Shown in pieces: positions 35,312 through 45,262 of a stretch of DNA of 64,000 bases. The stretch spans positions 359,089 to 423,088 of the forward strand of contig DATKZF010000003.1 of NCBI GenBank assembly GCA_035528115.1, written 5' to 3'. Positions within the stretch are counted from its first letter, which is position 1, and the number at the start of each line of letters is the position of its first letter. The DNA comes from Candidatus Bipolaricaulota bacterium (GTDB lineage: Bacteria > Patescibacteriota > Patescibacteriia > UBA11705 > DATKZF01). Both the position numbers and the translations under genes were made by a program. The notes below the pieces were generated by a model that was not told where the DNA came from, made no database searches, and was given only the letters and a program-made list of their open reading frames with translations.

Positions 35312-36004
35312 TTAATTCCATTTTTTCTTCTTTATCGCCTTGGTGGCCGCGTCTTCCTGAGCTTCTTGCTTGCTGGATCCGCCGCCTTTGGCCACCAGTG
35401 TTTTACCCAAAAAGACTCCGATTACAAATTTTTTGGCGTGATCCGGCCCGCTTTCTTCCAAAACTTTGTATGTTGGCGTGACCCCTTCTTTTTCTTGAGA
35501 GGATTCCTGTAATTTGCTTTTCGGATCCATGTATAATTTATGTTTTAAAATATACGGCAGCTCCGGCAATAAATGTTCGCAAATGAAATTTTTTGCCGCG
35601 TCCCAGCCTTGATCCAGATAAATGGAGCCGATCACCGCCTCGAAAGCATTGGCCAAAATATACTGCCTGGCCTTGCCCGTGTCTTTTGATTCTCCGCGGC
35701 TCAGGTATAAAAAGTCGTCCAGATCAGTGTCTTTGGCCAGCTTGGCCAGCATTTTACTGTTGACCAGACTGGCTCGCCAGTTCGTCAGGTCGCCTTCGGG
35801 ATTGTCGTAATTATTGTATAAGTATTCGGTAACGATCAATTCAAGCACGGCGTCGCCCAGAAATTCCAATCGTTCGTTGTGATTCAATTCGAAACTCGGA
35901 TGCTCGTTGAGATACGATCGATGCACCAGCGCCTGAGCCAATAATTTTTTATTTTCGAAAGTAACGTTGATTTTTTTCTCCAATTTACTGAAATCTTTTT
36001 TCAT
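35312..36004 (-). CDS. rnc: ribonuclease III
   Basis: ERLEFLGDAVLELIVTEYLY catalytic signature. C-terminal dsRBD. Confidence 0.9.
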   Translation of the reverse strand: MKKDFSKLEKKINVTFENKKLLAQALVHRSYLNEHPSFELNHNERLEFLGDAVLELIVTEYLYNNYDNPEGDLTNWRASLVNSKMLAKLAKDTDLDDFLYLSRGESKDTGKARQYILANAFEAVIGSIYLDQGWDAAKNFICEHLLPELPYILKHKLYMDPKSKLQESSQEKEGVTPTYKVLEESGPDHAKKFVIGVFLGKTLVAKGGGSSKQEAQEDAATKAIKKKKWN

Positions 36005-36087
36005 AAAGCTACCGACTCATAAATCGTCCGCGGATGGCGTCGCATTATTTTTGCGGTAAAATCTGCGGGAGATCCATAAGCCCGTAA

Positions 36088-36567
36088 TTATTTGGCCGGT
36101 TCTTTCGCGGCCGTTTTTACTTCAAGTTGTTCTTTGTCTTCGGTTTTCAGCACCTTGTCCATGTCTCTATAAATCGAACCCAGCACGCCATTGACGAATT
36201 TGCCCGAGGATTCTCCGCCGAATGTTTTGGCGATTTCGATCGCTTCGTTGATGGCCACCTTCGAGGGCACATCCTTGTCGAAAATTAATTCGTAAACCCC
36301 GATTCTTAAAATATTGCGGTCGACTTGGGTGATTTGATCAATCGGCCATTCCGGGGCGTATTTGGTGATGTACCTGTCGATTTTTTTTAAATTTTTAGCG
36401 ACACCATTGACTATATTTTCCGTAAAATCCCGATCCTTGGCGTTGGGCGCGAATTCTTTGAAAGTGTAATTGATAAGCTCCGGGATTTTTTTATCTTCCT
36501 TTTCCAAAAAGTCCCAGGTGAACAGCGCCTGCATCGCCACGGTTCTGGCTAAGTGTCTATTGGCCAT
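36088..36567 (-). CDS. nusB: transcription antitermination factor NusB
   Basis: About 159 aa. N-terminal [10 protein letters not shown] and overall NusB pattern. Confidence 0.75.
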   Translation of the reverse strand: MANRHLARTVAMQALFTWDFLEKEDKKIPELINYTFKEFAPNAKDRDFTENIVNGVAKNLKKIDRYITKYAPEWPIDQITQVDRNILRIGVYELIFDKDVPSKVAINEAIEIAKTFGGESSGKFVNGVLGSIYRDMDKVLKTEDKEQLEVKTAAKEPAK

Positions 36568-36640
36568 AATTGAATGATTGATGGAAATTATAAAAATGAA
36601 CTTGCTTGCATTTTACTAAGTTTCGTTCGTTTTGGCAAGA

Positions 36641-38260
36641 TTAATAGCTGAGATAAGGCATTGATTGCGGGTCGCAAAAGTTTGCGGCATCTCGGGAGGA
36701 GACATTTAAGATTGAAGAGACTTTTTCCGCGCAACCTTGTAGGAACGAATCATACGTCATAGTAGATAAGGTTTCTATCATAACATCGATAAAATCGGCT
36801 ATTTCCGGATTGGTTTCCGTTTCTTTAATGTCTTTTAACAATTGCGCACAGGCCGTTGTGTGGTCGGTGGAATAATAGTAATAACGATAGCTTTGAAACG
36901 CGCTCAACAAAATATCCAATTTATTTTTATTCGAAGCGCCCGAGTAAGCGTCTTTCAAAAAATCGGCGACATGTTTTCCTTCGCGAGAGTCGGAGATTTT
37001 AGAAGAAATGAAATATCTATCCAAATGATTCACAAGTTCGGCCTGCCCTTTTATTTTGTTGTAATGACTTTTCACGGACAACGCATTCAAATCAATGCCG
37101 AATGAAAAAAGGCAGGACAAAACAATCATGACCAAAATGGCGATCAGATTGCTGAGCTTGAGACCTTCCAGATATTGATTGGTTTTTAAATCGGATAAAC
37201 GGTAGATCGCGAAAACGCAATATAAAACAGTCATAAGCGCCAAGAACGCCAAGCTGAACAAAACGAGGAATCTGTCTGGCGTGATGCCGTATTGATTGAT
37301 GCGGGAAACGATGGCAAAAAGTCCGACCGCCAGCATGACTAAACTTTCAAATAACAAAGCGATCGAGGAAATCGACAGCGCCCGATGCGTTTTTTTGCCA
37401 GCTTCTTCGTGTTTTAAAAATATGCCGGTGAAATAAAGAACAACGATGTTGAACGAGGCCAGCGCCGCGAAAAGCACCGAGGTTTGCCCGGTTTTAAGAA
37501 TCACTGAAAAGCCGCTCGGCAAAAGAATGATTATGTAAAGAAGCAAAAGGCCTGACATCACAAACGAGATAACCATGAATATTCTGGAAAAGAGTTTTAA
37601 TATTTTGGTGTAAGGCTCTTGATCAATAACGCTTTTTTTCAAGTCATAGCAGAGAGAAAAAGCGAAGAAGCCGATGGTTGAATACACCACTGAAATAATC
37701 AAGACGATCAGTTTTTCGGGCACGGAGAATTTGATCAAAAAAAGCAAACCACTGAAAAGTCCGATAACGATAAGCGCGGCCAGGCCGAAGATGCCGGCGA
37801 TAACGACCGTTTCAAAAACTTTATTGATGAATTGATAAAAGGCCTCCGGAATTTTTTTCCAAGACTTTTCGCAAAAAGACAGGAGCAAGCCGATCAGCGC
37901 GGTGAAGAAAACGGCCTTCATGGCCAGATAAACCAACAAAGGCGGAGTTTGATCGAAAGAAAAGAAATACAGCGCGGCTTGAAAAGCGGCGAACAGCCCG
38001 ATTGACGCGCAGGCCAGTCCTTTGTTTTTTATTTTTTTGTACGACAACAGGAAATATACGAAGAAAGCGGCGAACAGCAAAATTTCCAAAAGCATAACCA
38101 GCGATTTGCCCACTGCCGGTTCACTCAATGAGCTGAATTTTTCGGAAACGCTGAGCAGATAAATGCCCCAGACTCCAAGACCGGTCAGGACGCCGATGAT
38201 GATGGCGCGAAGCGAATTTGTCCAATCGAATGAAGTTTTTGCGTTGGTGTTTTTTTGCAT
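36641..38260 (-). CDS. hypothetical polytopic membrane protein
   Basis: 539 aa, at least 10 TM helices. No family recognised. Confidence 0.45.
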   Translation of the reverse strand: MQKNTNAKTSFDWTNSLRAIIIGVLTGLGVWGIYLLSVSEKFSSLSEPAVGKSLVMLLEILLFAAFFVYFLLSYKKIKNKGLACASIGLFAAFQAALYFFSFDQTPPLLVYLAMKAVFFTALIGLLLSFCEKSWKKIPEAFYQFINKVFETVVIAGIFGLAALIVIGLFSGLLFLIKFSVPEKLIVLIISVVYSTIGFFAFSLCYDLKKSVIDQEPYTKILKLFSRIFMVISFVMSGLLLLYIIILLPSGFSVILKTGQTSVLFAALASFNIVVLYFTGIFLKHEEAGKKTHRALSISSIALLFESLVMLAVGLFAIVSRINQYGITPDRFLVLFSLAFLALMTVLYCVFAIYRLSDLKTNQYLEGLKLSNLIAILVMIVLSCLFSFGIDLNALSVKSHYNKIKGQAELVNHLDRYFISSKISDSREGKHVADFLKDAYSGASNKNKLDILLSAFQSYRYYYYSTDHTTACAQLLKDIKETETNPEIADFIDVMIETLSTMTYDSFLQGCAEKVSSILNVSSRDAANFCDPQSMPYLSY

Positions 38261-38308
38261 ACGTTACAAATATTGCGGCTATTAAGATAGCCTTTGTTTT
38301 ATATTTTA

Positions 38309-38446
38309 ATTGTTACGAATTACAATATTCTATTTAGCTTTTAGGTTATTTGTTACGAATTACAATCTGCTAAAGCATAAAGCCATAGAGGAATGTACTT
38401 CGTAACAATCGATTGGAAGCCAAGTGGAATATTGTAATTCGTAACG
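38309..38446. repeat. L-family element L1: inverted pair of units with 40-bp periodicity built on TTGTTACGAATTACAA
   Basis: Forward units at 38311 and 38351. Reverse-complement units follow (…ATTGTAATTCGTAACG at 38432). Forms an imperfect long hairpin of about 65 bp per arm. Confidence 0.75.
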
Positions 38447-38476
38447 ATACTCCATGCTAACATCATATCACCTGCG

Positions 38477-39916
38477 TTGATTTTGACAAATAAGGCAAAT
38501 GGTGATAAATTATATTTTATAAAGAAAGGGAAAAACCATATAGCAGCGCTAAAAATCAAACAATATTTGGTTAAGCTATTGCTAAGGATTTGCGATGAGG
38601 TGGGCGTGCTGGGCAGATATATAAAGAAGGCTTTTTCTTATATCGTCAAGCCGTTTATTATCATCGGAAAATTCATTTTCAAGTTTGTAATCTTGCCGAT
38701 ATACAAGCTTTATTTATTTTTTAAAAGGAGAACGCAAGTTTTTTACTTGCCGGCCAAGAGTAGATTCTTTTCATTTTTTTCCAAGAAATATTTTATTCAC
38801 GTGGTTGTGGTTTTCGTGTCTTTCGTGGTGGTGGTGAATAATATCAGCGCCAAGGAAATCAGAGATGACAATTTCGGCGAGAAAACCGCCATTTATGCCA
38901 TGTATAATGAAGCGACTTTGGGATATATCGAAGAGGTTGTTGATAGCGAGGCGAGCGCCCAAGCCAAGGTTTTCAGCTATTTGGACAAAACCATGGTTTC
39001 AAACAAACAGACCATTGTCATCGATTCTCAGGAAAGCGTGGCCGAAGATCAGCTCGCGGACAGCTTGACCACCGTAACCCAGGGCGGCGCAGCGCTGGTT
39101 AAACCAAATTTCACGGAAACCAATATCGCTCAGCGGGAAAGAAGCTCCAAAATATCTTACTCGGTGCAAGACGGCGATACTTTGGGCACTATCGCCGAAA
39201 AATTCGGTATTTCCATGCAAACCGTTTTATGGGCGAATAATTTAACGACCAGAAGCACGATTCAGCCGGGAGATGTCTTGGCTATTTTGCCGGTTTCCGG
39301 CGTTGTCCATATAGTTAAATCCGGAGAAACCATCGGCAAGATTGCGCAACGCTATGACACCGACGCTGAAAAGATTATTGAATTCAACAAATTGGCTGAC
39401 GCGTCGGATATTAAAATCGGAGATGAACTGATCGTGCCGGGCGGCACTCAGCCGGCCATCATTTCCGCGCCGCAATATGTCAGCAATAAGAACGTGAATA
39501 TCGCGCCGATTAAAAATTTGATTAACACTCCCCCGCCCGGAGCGACGGATATTCCGGCCGGGAAAATGGTTTGGCCGACGTCTTGGCACGTAATTACTCA
39601 ATATTACAGTCTTCGACATTACGGCTTGGACATTGATGGAGATTATAATTCTCCGATTTACGCGGCCGAGGCCGGCAAAATCATCAAATGCGGCTGGGGC
39701 ACGGGTTACGGCAATGTCATTTATATTGATCACGGCAACGGCGTGCAGACTCGTTACGCCCACATGAGCAAATTTTTCGTCTCCAACGGACAATATGTCG
39801 AAAAAGGACAGACCCTGGGCATGATGGGCACGACCGGCTGGTCCACTGGAACGCACCTTCACTTTGAAGTCAGAATAAACGGCTCGGCCATGAATCCGTT
39901 GAGCTATATCAGATAA
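38477..39916 (+). CDS. LysM-domain M23 family metallopeptidase (peptidoglycan endopeptidase)
   Basis: Two LysM repeats (YSVQDGDTLGTIAEKFGIS..., HIVKSGETIGKIAQRYDTD...). M23 motifs GLDIDGDYNSPIYAAEAG and HLHFEV. Confidence 0.8.
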   Translation: MILTNKANGDKLYFIKKGKNHIAALKIKQYLVKLLLRICDEVGVLGRYIKKAFSYIVKPFIIIGKFIFKFVILPIYKLYLFFKRRTQVFYLPAKSRFFSFFSKKYFIHVVVVFVSFVVVVNNISAKEIRDDNFGEKTAIYAMYNEATLGYIEEVVDSEASAQAKVFSYLDKTMVSNKQTIVIDSQESVAEDQLADSLTTVTQGGAALVKPNFTETNIAQRERSSKISYSVQDGDTLGTIAEKFGISMQTVLWANNLTTRSTIQPGDVLAILPVSGVVHIVKSGETIGKIAQRYDTDAEKIIEFNKLADASDIKIGDELIVPGGTQPAIISAPQYVSNKNVNIAPIKNLINTPPPGATDIPAGKMVWPTSWHVITQYYSLRHYGLDIDGDYNSPIYAAEAGKIIKCGWGTGYGNVIYIDHGNGVQTRYAHMSKFFVSNGQYVEKGQTLGMMGTTGWSTGTHLHFEVRINGSAMNPLSYIR

Positions 39917-40010
39917 TGCTTATAAAAAAATAAGGGTCTTATCCATGGCCTTTGTTTTTTATTTGGGTTTCGTTAAATGTTAAATATTGTTCCCTTGTTT
40001 CATTGCTTCA

Positions 40011-40207
40011 TTGTTACGAATTACAAGATTCTAATTAGCTTTTAGGTTATTTGTTGCAAATTACAATCGACTATTTGGCTTTCAGGTTATCTGTTACGCC
40101 TACCTACCTGCCTGCCGGCAGGAATTACATTTATAGCTATATGCCATAGAATCTTGTAATTCGTAACAACCGCTTCGAAGCCAAATGAAATATTGTAATT
40201 CGTAACG
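40011..40207. repeat. L-family element L2 (three forward units, a GC-rich insert with palindrome CCTGCCGGCAGG, two inverted units)
   Basis: Unit starts at 40012, 40052, 40092 and, reverse-complemented, at 40152 and 40192. Exact 40-bp spacing. Confidence 0.75.
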
Positions 40208-40229
40208 CTAATCCAGCCCCTTCGGGACT

Positions 40230-41741
40230 TCAGGATTTAGGTCTGTACTGCAACGCTTCGGCCACGTGATTCGCTTCAATGTTTGTTTTGCTTTCCAGAT
40301 CCGCGATGGTTCGCGATATTTTTAACACGCGGTGATAAGATCTGGGAGACAAATGCAATTTTTGCACGGCCGATTTCAACAATTCCAGCGAGGCGTTGTC
40401 CAAGGCGCAGAATTTTTTTATTTCCTGCGGCCGCATTTCTGAATTGAATCTGAGCGGGGAATTTTCAAATCGTTGGCGCTGGATGACCACGGCCGCGATC
40501 ACTCGTTGTCTTATTTTTTCGGAATTTTCAGAGCCGTCATCGGATTGTAGTTTTTCAAATTTGATTCTGGGCACGTCAAGGTGAATATCAATGCGATCAA
40601 TGATCGGGCCGGAGATTTTTTTCTGATACCTGATGATTTGCGAAGATGAGCATGAGCAGGGTTTGTCCGGATCGTTGTAGTAGCCGCAGGGACAGGGATT
40701 TTGGCTGGCGATGAGCGTGAAATTCGCCGGATAAGTGATGGTGCCTTGCGCGCGTGAGATTGAAATGACGCCATCTTCGAGCGGTTGCCGCAGGCTTTCC
40801 AAAACGCTTCTGGGGAATTCGGGCAATTCGTCCAAAAATAAAATGCCGCGGTGAGAGAGGCTGATTTCTCCGGGTTTGGGAAATTTTCCGCCGCCCACCA
40901 AGGCCACGCTGGAAGAGGTGTGGTGCGGAGACCGGAAAGGCCGGGAAGAAATAAGAAAATTGTCTTTTTTCAGCAGGCCGGCCACCGAATACATTTTTGT
41001 CACTTCCAGAATTTCCGCTTCGCTCATGGGCGGCAATATGGATGGCATGGTTTTGGCCAGCAAGGTTTTGCCCGAGCCGGGCGGCCCGCTCATCAGTACG
41101 TTATGGGCGCCGGCGGCCGCTATTTCCAAAGCTCTTTTGGCGTGTTCTTGGCCTTTGACATGAACCATGTCGCTGTCGAAAACAAGATTGGCGGCGGAAA
41201 TGTTTTTCAGCGGCTCGGCCGGAGCGATCGGATTTTTTCCGGAAAAGTGGTCGAAAAGCTGATTCAAATCTTGCGCCGGATAGATTTCAATGCCGGAAAT
41301 CAAGCCGGCCTCGCCGGCATTGGCCGCTGGGATGAATAGTTTTTTGTAATTGTTCTCTTTGGCGAAAAGCGCGATGGGCAAAATGCCGTTGACGTGCCTG
41401 ATTTGGCCGTCGAGCGACAATTCGCCAGCGAACAGGCTGTCGCTTAGTTCGTTTTTTAGCTGGCCGTCAGCGGTCAGAATGCCGATGGCCATGGCCAAGT
41501 CAAAAGACGGGCCTTCCTTTTTTATATCAGCGGGCGCCAGATTGATCGTCACCTTTCTTTTGGGAAATTCCAATCCTGAATTTTTTATGGCCAAATAAAC
41601 CCGCTCGCGAGCTTCTTGCACGGCCGCGTCGGGCAGTCCGACAATGATGAATTTCCTCACTTGGCTGGAAATGGCGGTTTCGACTTCAACCAATTGGCAC
41701 TCAAGTCCGAGCGTGGCGCAGGAATTTATTCTAGAATACAT
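40230..41741 (-). CDS. comM: YifB/ComM family Mg-chelatase-like AAA+ ATPase
   Basis: N-terminal MYSRINSCATLGLECQLVEVE (Lon-like/ChlI N-domain). Walker A GPPGSGKTLLAK. 503 aa. Confidence 0.8.
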   Translation of the reverse strand: MYSRINSCATLGLECQLVEVETAISSQVRKFIIVGLPDAAVQEARERVYLAIKNSGLEFPKRKVTINLAPADIKKEGPSFDLAMAIGILTADGQLKNELSDSLFAGELSLDGQIRHVNGILPIALFAKENNYKKLFIPAANAGEAGLISGIEIYPAQDLNQLFDHFSGKNPIAPAEPLKNISAANLVFDSDMVHVKGQEHAKRALEIAAAGAHNVLMSGPPGSGKTLLAKTMPSILPPMSEAEILEVTKMYSVAGLLKKDNFLISSRPFRSPHHTSSSVALVGGGKFPKPGEISLSHRGILFLDELPEFPRSVLESLRQPLEDGVISISRAQGTITYPANFTLIASQNPCPCGYYNDPDKPCSCSSSQIIRYQKKISGPIIDRIDIHLDVPRIKFEKLQSDDGSENSEKIRQRVIAAVVIQRQRFENSPLRFNSEMRPQEIKKFCALDNASLELLKSAVQKLHLSPRSYHRVLKISRTIADLESKTNIEANHVAEALQYRPKS

Positions 41742-41759
41742 AGTTTATTATTTGAATCA

Positions 41760-41933
41760 TTGTTACGAATTACATTCACTAAAAAGCTCTTTATTTGTAT
41801 TGTTACGAAGTACAAGATTCCATTTGGCCTACGGACGAATATTACAAATTACATTCACCTATAGCCTTAAGCCTGAGAATCTTGTAATTCGTAACAAATA
41901 ACCTGAAAGCTAAATAGAATATTGTAATACGTA
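41760..41933. repeat. L-family element L3
   Basis: Forward units at 41761 and 41801. Inverted units at 41881 and 41921. Right arm GATTGTAATTCGTAACAAATAACCTGAAAGCTAAATAGAATATTGTAATACGTAAC. Confidence 0.75.
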
Positions 41934-41976
41934 ACATTATTGTATCAATTTATCATCTGCGCCGGATAACCGCAAA

Positions 41977-42005
41977 TAAAAAAAGTCTCGAATTGGTCGA
42001 GGACT
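41977..42005. terminator. bidirectional hairpin terminator AGTCTCGAattggTCGAGGACT
   Basis: Flanked by an A-tract on one side and a T-tract on the other. Confidence 0.45.
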
Positions 42006-42374
42006 TTATTGTCCTGCGGGGTCTGTGAGCCCCTTGATTTTGCCGTATCTTTTCCACTTGTACCACCAAAAGGAAAATCGGACATCTCCCTTCTCGGCTT
42101 TTTGCTCGAGCATGGCCGCCAGTTGTCTGATCATGGCGTTCCCTTCTTTTTGGGTCTGGAAACAATAGTCCGGAAGCAGGCGATTGTTGAGCTTTGCCCA
42201 CATGTTGCCGTCCCAGATCATGATGATGACATAGCCGCTGTAGCCGTAGTTGGTATGCCTGCCCGCGGCCGCCTTGCGCCCTTCCCCATCCATTTTGGAT
42301 GTTATCCTGATATCACCGACTTCGAGTTCCCCGACTCCTTCGCTTTCGTAATCGCGGTGGAGAAAAACTCTCAT
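42006..42374 (-). CDS. hypothetical protein (GC-rich orphan minigene)
   Basis: Strong SD AAAGGAGG 8 nt before the ATG, giving MRVFLHRDYES... About 52% GC. Trimmed from ORF 42006..42434. No family recognised. Confidence 0.4.
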   Translation of the reverse strand: MRVFLHRDYESEGVGELEVGDIRITSKMDGEGRKAAAGRHTNYGYSGYVIIMIWDGNMWAKLNNRLLPDYCFQTQKEGNAMIRQLAAMLEQKAEKGDVRFSFWWYKWKRYGKIKGLTDPAGQ

Positions 42375-42473
42375 TGCCCGCCTCCTTTGGCATTGGTTCA
42401 TTCGCAGGGTATCATGGGAAAATAAATAATTCAAATAAAAAACAGCCGCCCTGGCCGTTTTTTTTATTTATAA

Positions 42474-43157
42474 TTAAATAATTCCCGTTAAAATCATGAT
42501 GCCGAAAACCAGCATGGCCAGGCCGATGATCAATCTCAGCCAAGAGCGGCTTTTCTTGCGCAGTTCTTCCAGCTTTTTAGAGGAATAACCGAAATAGACG
42601 AGCATCAAGATTATTATCAGCGGCAAAACGAAAATCAAATTATAGAGCAACAGGTAAAGCACCCCGTTCAAATAGGAAGCATTTACGGCCAAAAGAGACA
42701 AGATGGCGATATATACTCCTCCGGTGCAAGGAAGCTCGAACGCGGAAACCAAAACGCCCAGCACAATCGCCGCGGGCAAACTCGCTTTTCTAACATATTT
42801 TTCTATTAACGGTTTTTTGCTCTCCGGAATGCTTAAAGACAAGCCTTTGCCATACCAGAAAAAATCTTTGATGTTGATCAGGCCCAAAAATATCAATAAC
42901 ACGGCTGACAAACGATAGATGGTAATGGTGAGAGTATTGGAAGCGAGACCCAGCGCGGCCATCAAGCCGATGCCGGCCAGAAAATAAGTTAGATAAACGA
43001 AGAAAATATAAACCAACCCGACGGACAGCATTTGTTTCGGTTTTTTTAAAACGCTTAAAAAGGTTAACAAAAAAACCAGTACGGCAATGGCGCACGGATT
43101 GATGGAGTCAATGGCCGCGGCGCCGAGCACTGTCGAAATCGTCAATGAGTCAAACAT
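42474..43157 (-). CDS. ccdA: cytochrome c-type biogenesis / disulfide-reductase transmembrane protein CcdA/DsbD family
   Basis: AIDSINPCAIAV first-Cys motif. Six TM helices. Confidence 0.7.
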   Translation of the reverse strand: MFDSLTISTVLGAAAIDSINPCAIAVLVFLLTFLSVLKKPKQMLSVGLVYIFFVYLTYFLAGIGLMAALGLASNTLTITIYRLSAVLLIFLGLINIKDFFWYGKGLSLSIPESKKPLIEKYVRKASLPAAIVLGVLVSAFELPCTGGVYIAILSLLAVNASYLNGVLYLLLYNLIFVLPLIIILMLVYFGYSSKKLEELRKKSRSWLRLIIGLAMLVFGIMILTGII

Positions 43158-43159
43158 AA

Positions 43160-43705
43160 TTATTTTATTTTTTTTCTATTTTGTAAAACAATGAATAAAA
43201 TGACAACGCCTATCACCAGAATCCCGGCCACGATCAAGGCGATCATTTGATTTTTTTGAATGTCGTTTGCCGCCGCGTCGCTCGAGGCCGGTTCGTGCCT
43301 TTTTAAATAGTCTTGCACCAATTGATTGGGATCGGGACAATAATTTTGTTCGCAGTTTGATATCGCTTTTTCTATTTCTTCGACTTTTTCTCCGACAATG
43401 ACTTTATCTCCGATGAATAATGTGGGCACGGCCGTGCTCTGCGAGGAGTAGGTCAATCTGAAATCATTAAAAATATTGGCATTGCCCGACTTGGCCAAAT
43501 CCAGAATGCGCGCGTTGATTTTGGGATGACTCGTTTCTTTCCATTCGTCCAGCTTGCTTTCCACTACGGCGCAGTGAGGGCAGCCTTGCAAAACGAAAAC
43601 GTACATATCAATCGATTCGGCGGGCGCCGGATTTTGCGCGGTCACCGGACGCGAAATCATCAAGGCCGAAACGAGTATAGTCAATATGATTATTCTTTTT
43701 ATCAT
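43160..43705 (-). CDS. thioredoxin-fold thiol-disulfide oxidoreductase with C-terminal membrane anchor
   Basis: VLQGCPHCAV CxxC active site. Signal peptide. Adjacent to ccdA. Confidence 0.65.
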   Translation of the reverse strand: MIKRIIILTILVSALMISRPVTAQNPAPAESIDMYVFVLQGCPHCAVVESKLDEWKETSHPKINARILDLAKSGNANIFNDFRLTYSSQSTAVPTLFIGDKVIVGEKVEEIEKAISNCEQNYCPDPNQLVQDYLKRHEPASSDAAANDIQKNQMIALIVAGILVIGVVILFIVLQNRKKIK

Positions 43706-43771
43706 AGCTTAATATTTCTCGATTTTTTTATAGCCTACTTTTATAATAGCAAAAAGAAATAATACGTAAAG

Positions 43772-44254
43772 TTATTTTTTGATTTCTCTAACCGCGAAAG
43801 ATTCTTTGAATATCAGGATCAGCGCGCCGCAGACGATAAAAGTATCGGCGAGATTGAACACGGCGAAACTCCAATTAGCCAGTTGAATCGAAAAAAAATC
43901 GATGACCGCCCCGTGAATGATCCTGTCTATTAAATTGGATGTCGCTCCGCAAAAAATTAAAGATAAAGACAATACGGACAGGCTTTGTCCTTTTTGAAAC
44001 GTTCGGATGAGGAAAAAGACGATCGCGACCAGCAGTATTCCCACTATCAGAAAAATCAAAACCTGCGGCAACGGGATACTGAACGCCAAGTTTTCGTTTT
44101 TAACGAGACTTATTGAGAATTTAAAATAACTTAGATCGATTAAAAAAAATTCCCTTTGAATTTTTGACAGAACTAGATACTTTGACAGTTGATCTAGCAG
44201 TAACAAGACAAAGGGTATGATGAAAACAGATAATTTTGTTTTGTTGAAAGACAT
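43772..44254 (-). CDS. lspA: lipoprotein signal peptidase II
   Basis: NLAFSIPLP and VIDFFSIQLANWSFAVFNLADTFIVCG conserved blocks. Confidence 0.8.
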   Translation of the reverse strand: MSFNKTKLSVFIIPFVLLLLDQLSKYLVLSKIQREFFLIDLSYFKFSISLVKNENLAFSIPLPQVLIFLIVGILLVAIVFFLIRTFQKGQSLSVLSLSLIFCGATSNLIDRIIHGAVIDFFSIQLANWSFAVFNLADTFIVCGALILIFKESFAVREIKK

Positions 44255-44265
44255 CTGAATCCGAG

Positions 44266-44646
44266 CTATAACGATTTGAGTTTTGTTTTACACGATATGC
44301 AGGCGCTCGACGTCGGTCTGGCCAAAAGCCTTTTGTCGTCTATTTCTTGTTTGCAATATTTGCAGGTGCCGTATGTTCCTTTTTCGATTCGGTCCAAAGC
44401 TTTATTGACGTCTCTCAATTCTTTTTCAAGAGTCGCTTCGAGTGACAAATTTACGTCATAGGTAGCGACCTCATTGGTGTTTTCCGTTTCGTCATTGCCA
44501 TAATCCGGAAAATCCGCCTGATAATCCGTCGGGTCGTTTTTGCTCGGATGAGCGAATTTGGCCAATTCGTTTTCCAGATTGGCTTTTTGTTCCACCAGAT
44601 TTTGTTTGATTTGTTCAATAACCTTGTTATCCATATTACGTTTCAT
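44266..44646 (-). CDS. DksA/TraR family C4-type zinc-finger protein
   Basis: C-terminal CKYCKQEIDDKRLLARPTSSACISC. N-terminal coiled-coil. Confidence 0.7.
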   Translation of the reverse strand: MKRNMDNKVIEQIKQNLVEQKANLENELAKFAHPSKNDPTDYQADFPDYGNDETENTNEVATYDVNLSLEATLEKELRDVNKALDRIEKGTYGTCKYCKQEIDDKRLLARPTSSACISCKTKLKSL

Positions 44647-45215
44647 TTATGAGTTTAGTTTACCTAAAAAATAAGGTATTGGCAATATAACACATTTTTT
44701 TAAAATTTAAAAGGGCGCATGCGATCAGCCCAATTGGGTAAATATAAGGCTTGTATGCGCCCAGAGGCAAAGGAGATTTACGCCACTCCCGTTTCGACCG
44801 AAGTCAATTCGGAAGACAAGGCGTGTTTTGCCAATTTAGCGCTCGACGCGCTGTCCGGTTCCCGCTTCGCGGCGCTTGCCTATTGAGGCCGCGCCTTGGT
44901 AATTTCGTTTTTGTTTTTATTTTGTGACGTATGGCCGAGTCCGGTCGAGAAGGGCTCGGAATCAAAGCAGGTTTCGGAGTTTTCCTGTAGAGTAAGAGAA
45001 TGAGTGCGATTTTGCAAAGAACTGGTGTGAACACTGGAGGTGTTCACGTGTTGGTAGAGAGCTTGGAATGTGATCCGTTGTCTCTGCATATATTATATCA
45101 AGAACATTTTCTTGAGTCAATGTCTAATCCGTTGAATTATTATAAAAAGGCTAAAATTAGCCCCAATACGTGTGTTTATCGCGATTGATTCTTATTTGCG
45201 ACAATGCTTCATCTG

Positions 45216-45251
45216 TGGATAAGTGGTGTCTAAAGCCCATGTTATCCACAC
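45216..45251. promoter_or_regulatory. pair of inverted perfect DnaA boxes (TGTGGATAA at 45216-45224; TTATCCACA at 45243-45251)
   Basis: Exact matches to the DnaA-box consensus, 18 bp apart, in a 600-bp intergenic region. Confidence 0.5.
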
Positions 45252-45262
45252 GAAAGTTCACA

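Noticed and set aside
38309-41933. Possible CRISPR array (GTTACGAATTACAA repeats at regular spacing)
   Set aside because: The period is only 40 bp. The inter-core segments are related to each other instead of being unique spacers. Units occur in inverted pairs. No cas genes are nearby. It behaves as a MITE or structured-repeat family.
44700-45060. RNase P RNA or tmRNA in the long structured intergenic region
   Set aside because: I could not find the universally conserved RNase P P4 sequences (GGAAAGTCCGGGCTCC / ACAGAACCCGGCTTA) or a tmRNA tRNA-like 3' end (…GGTTCGA(T/A)TCC…CCACCA). It is kept only as an unclassified ncRNA candidate.
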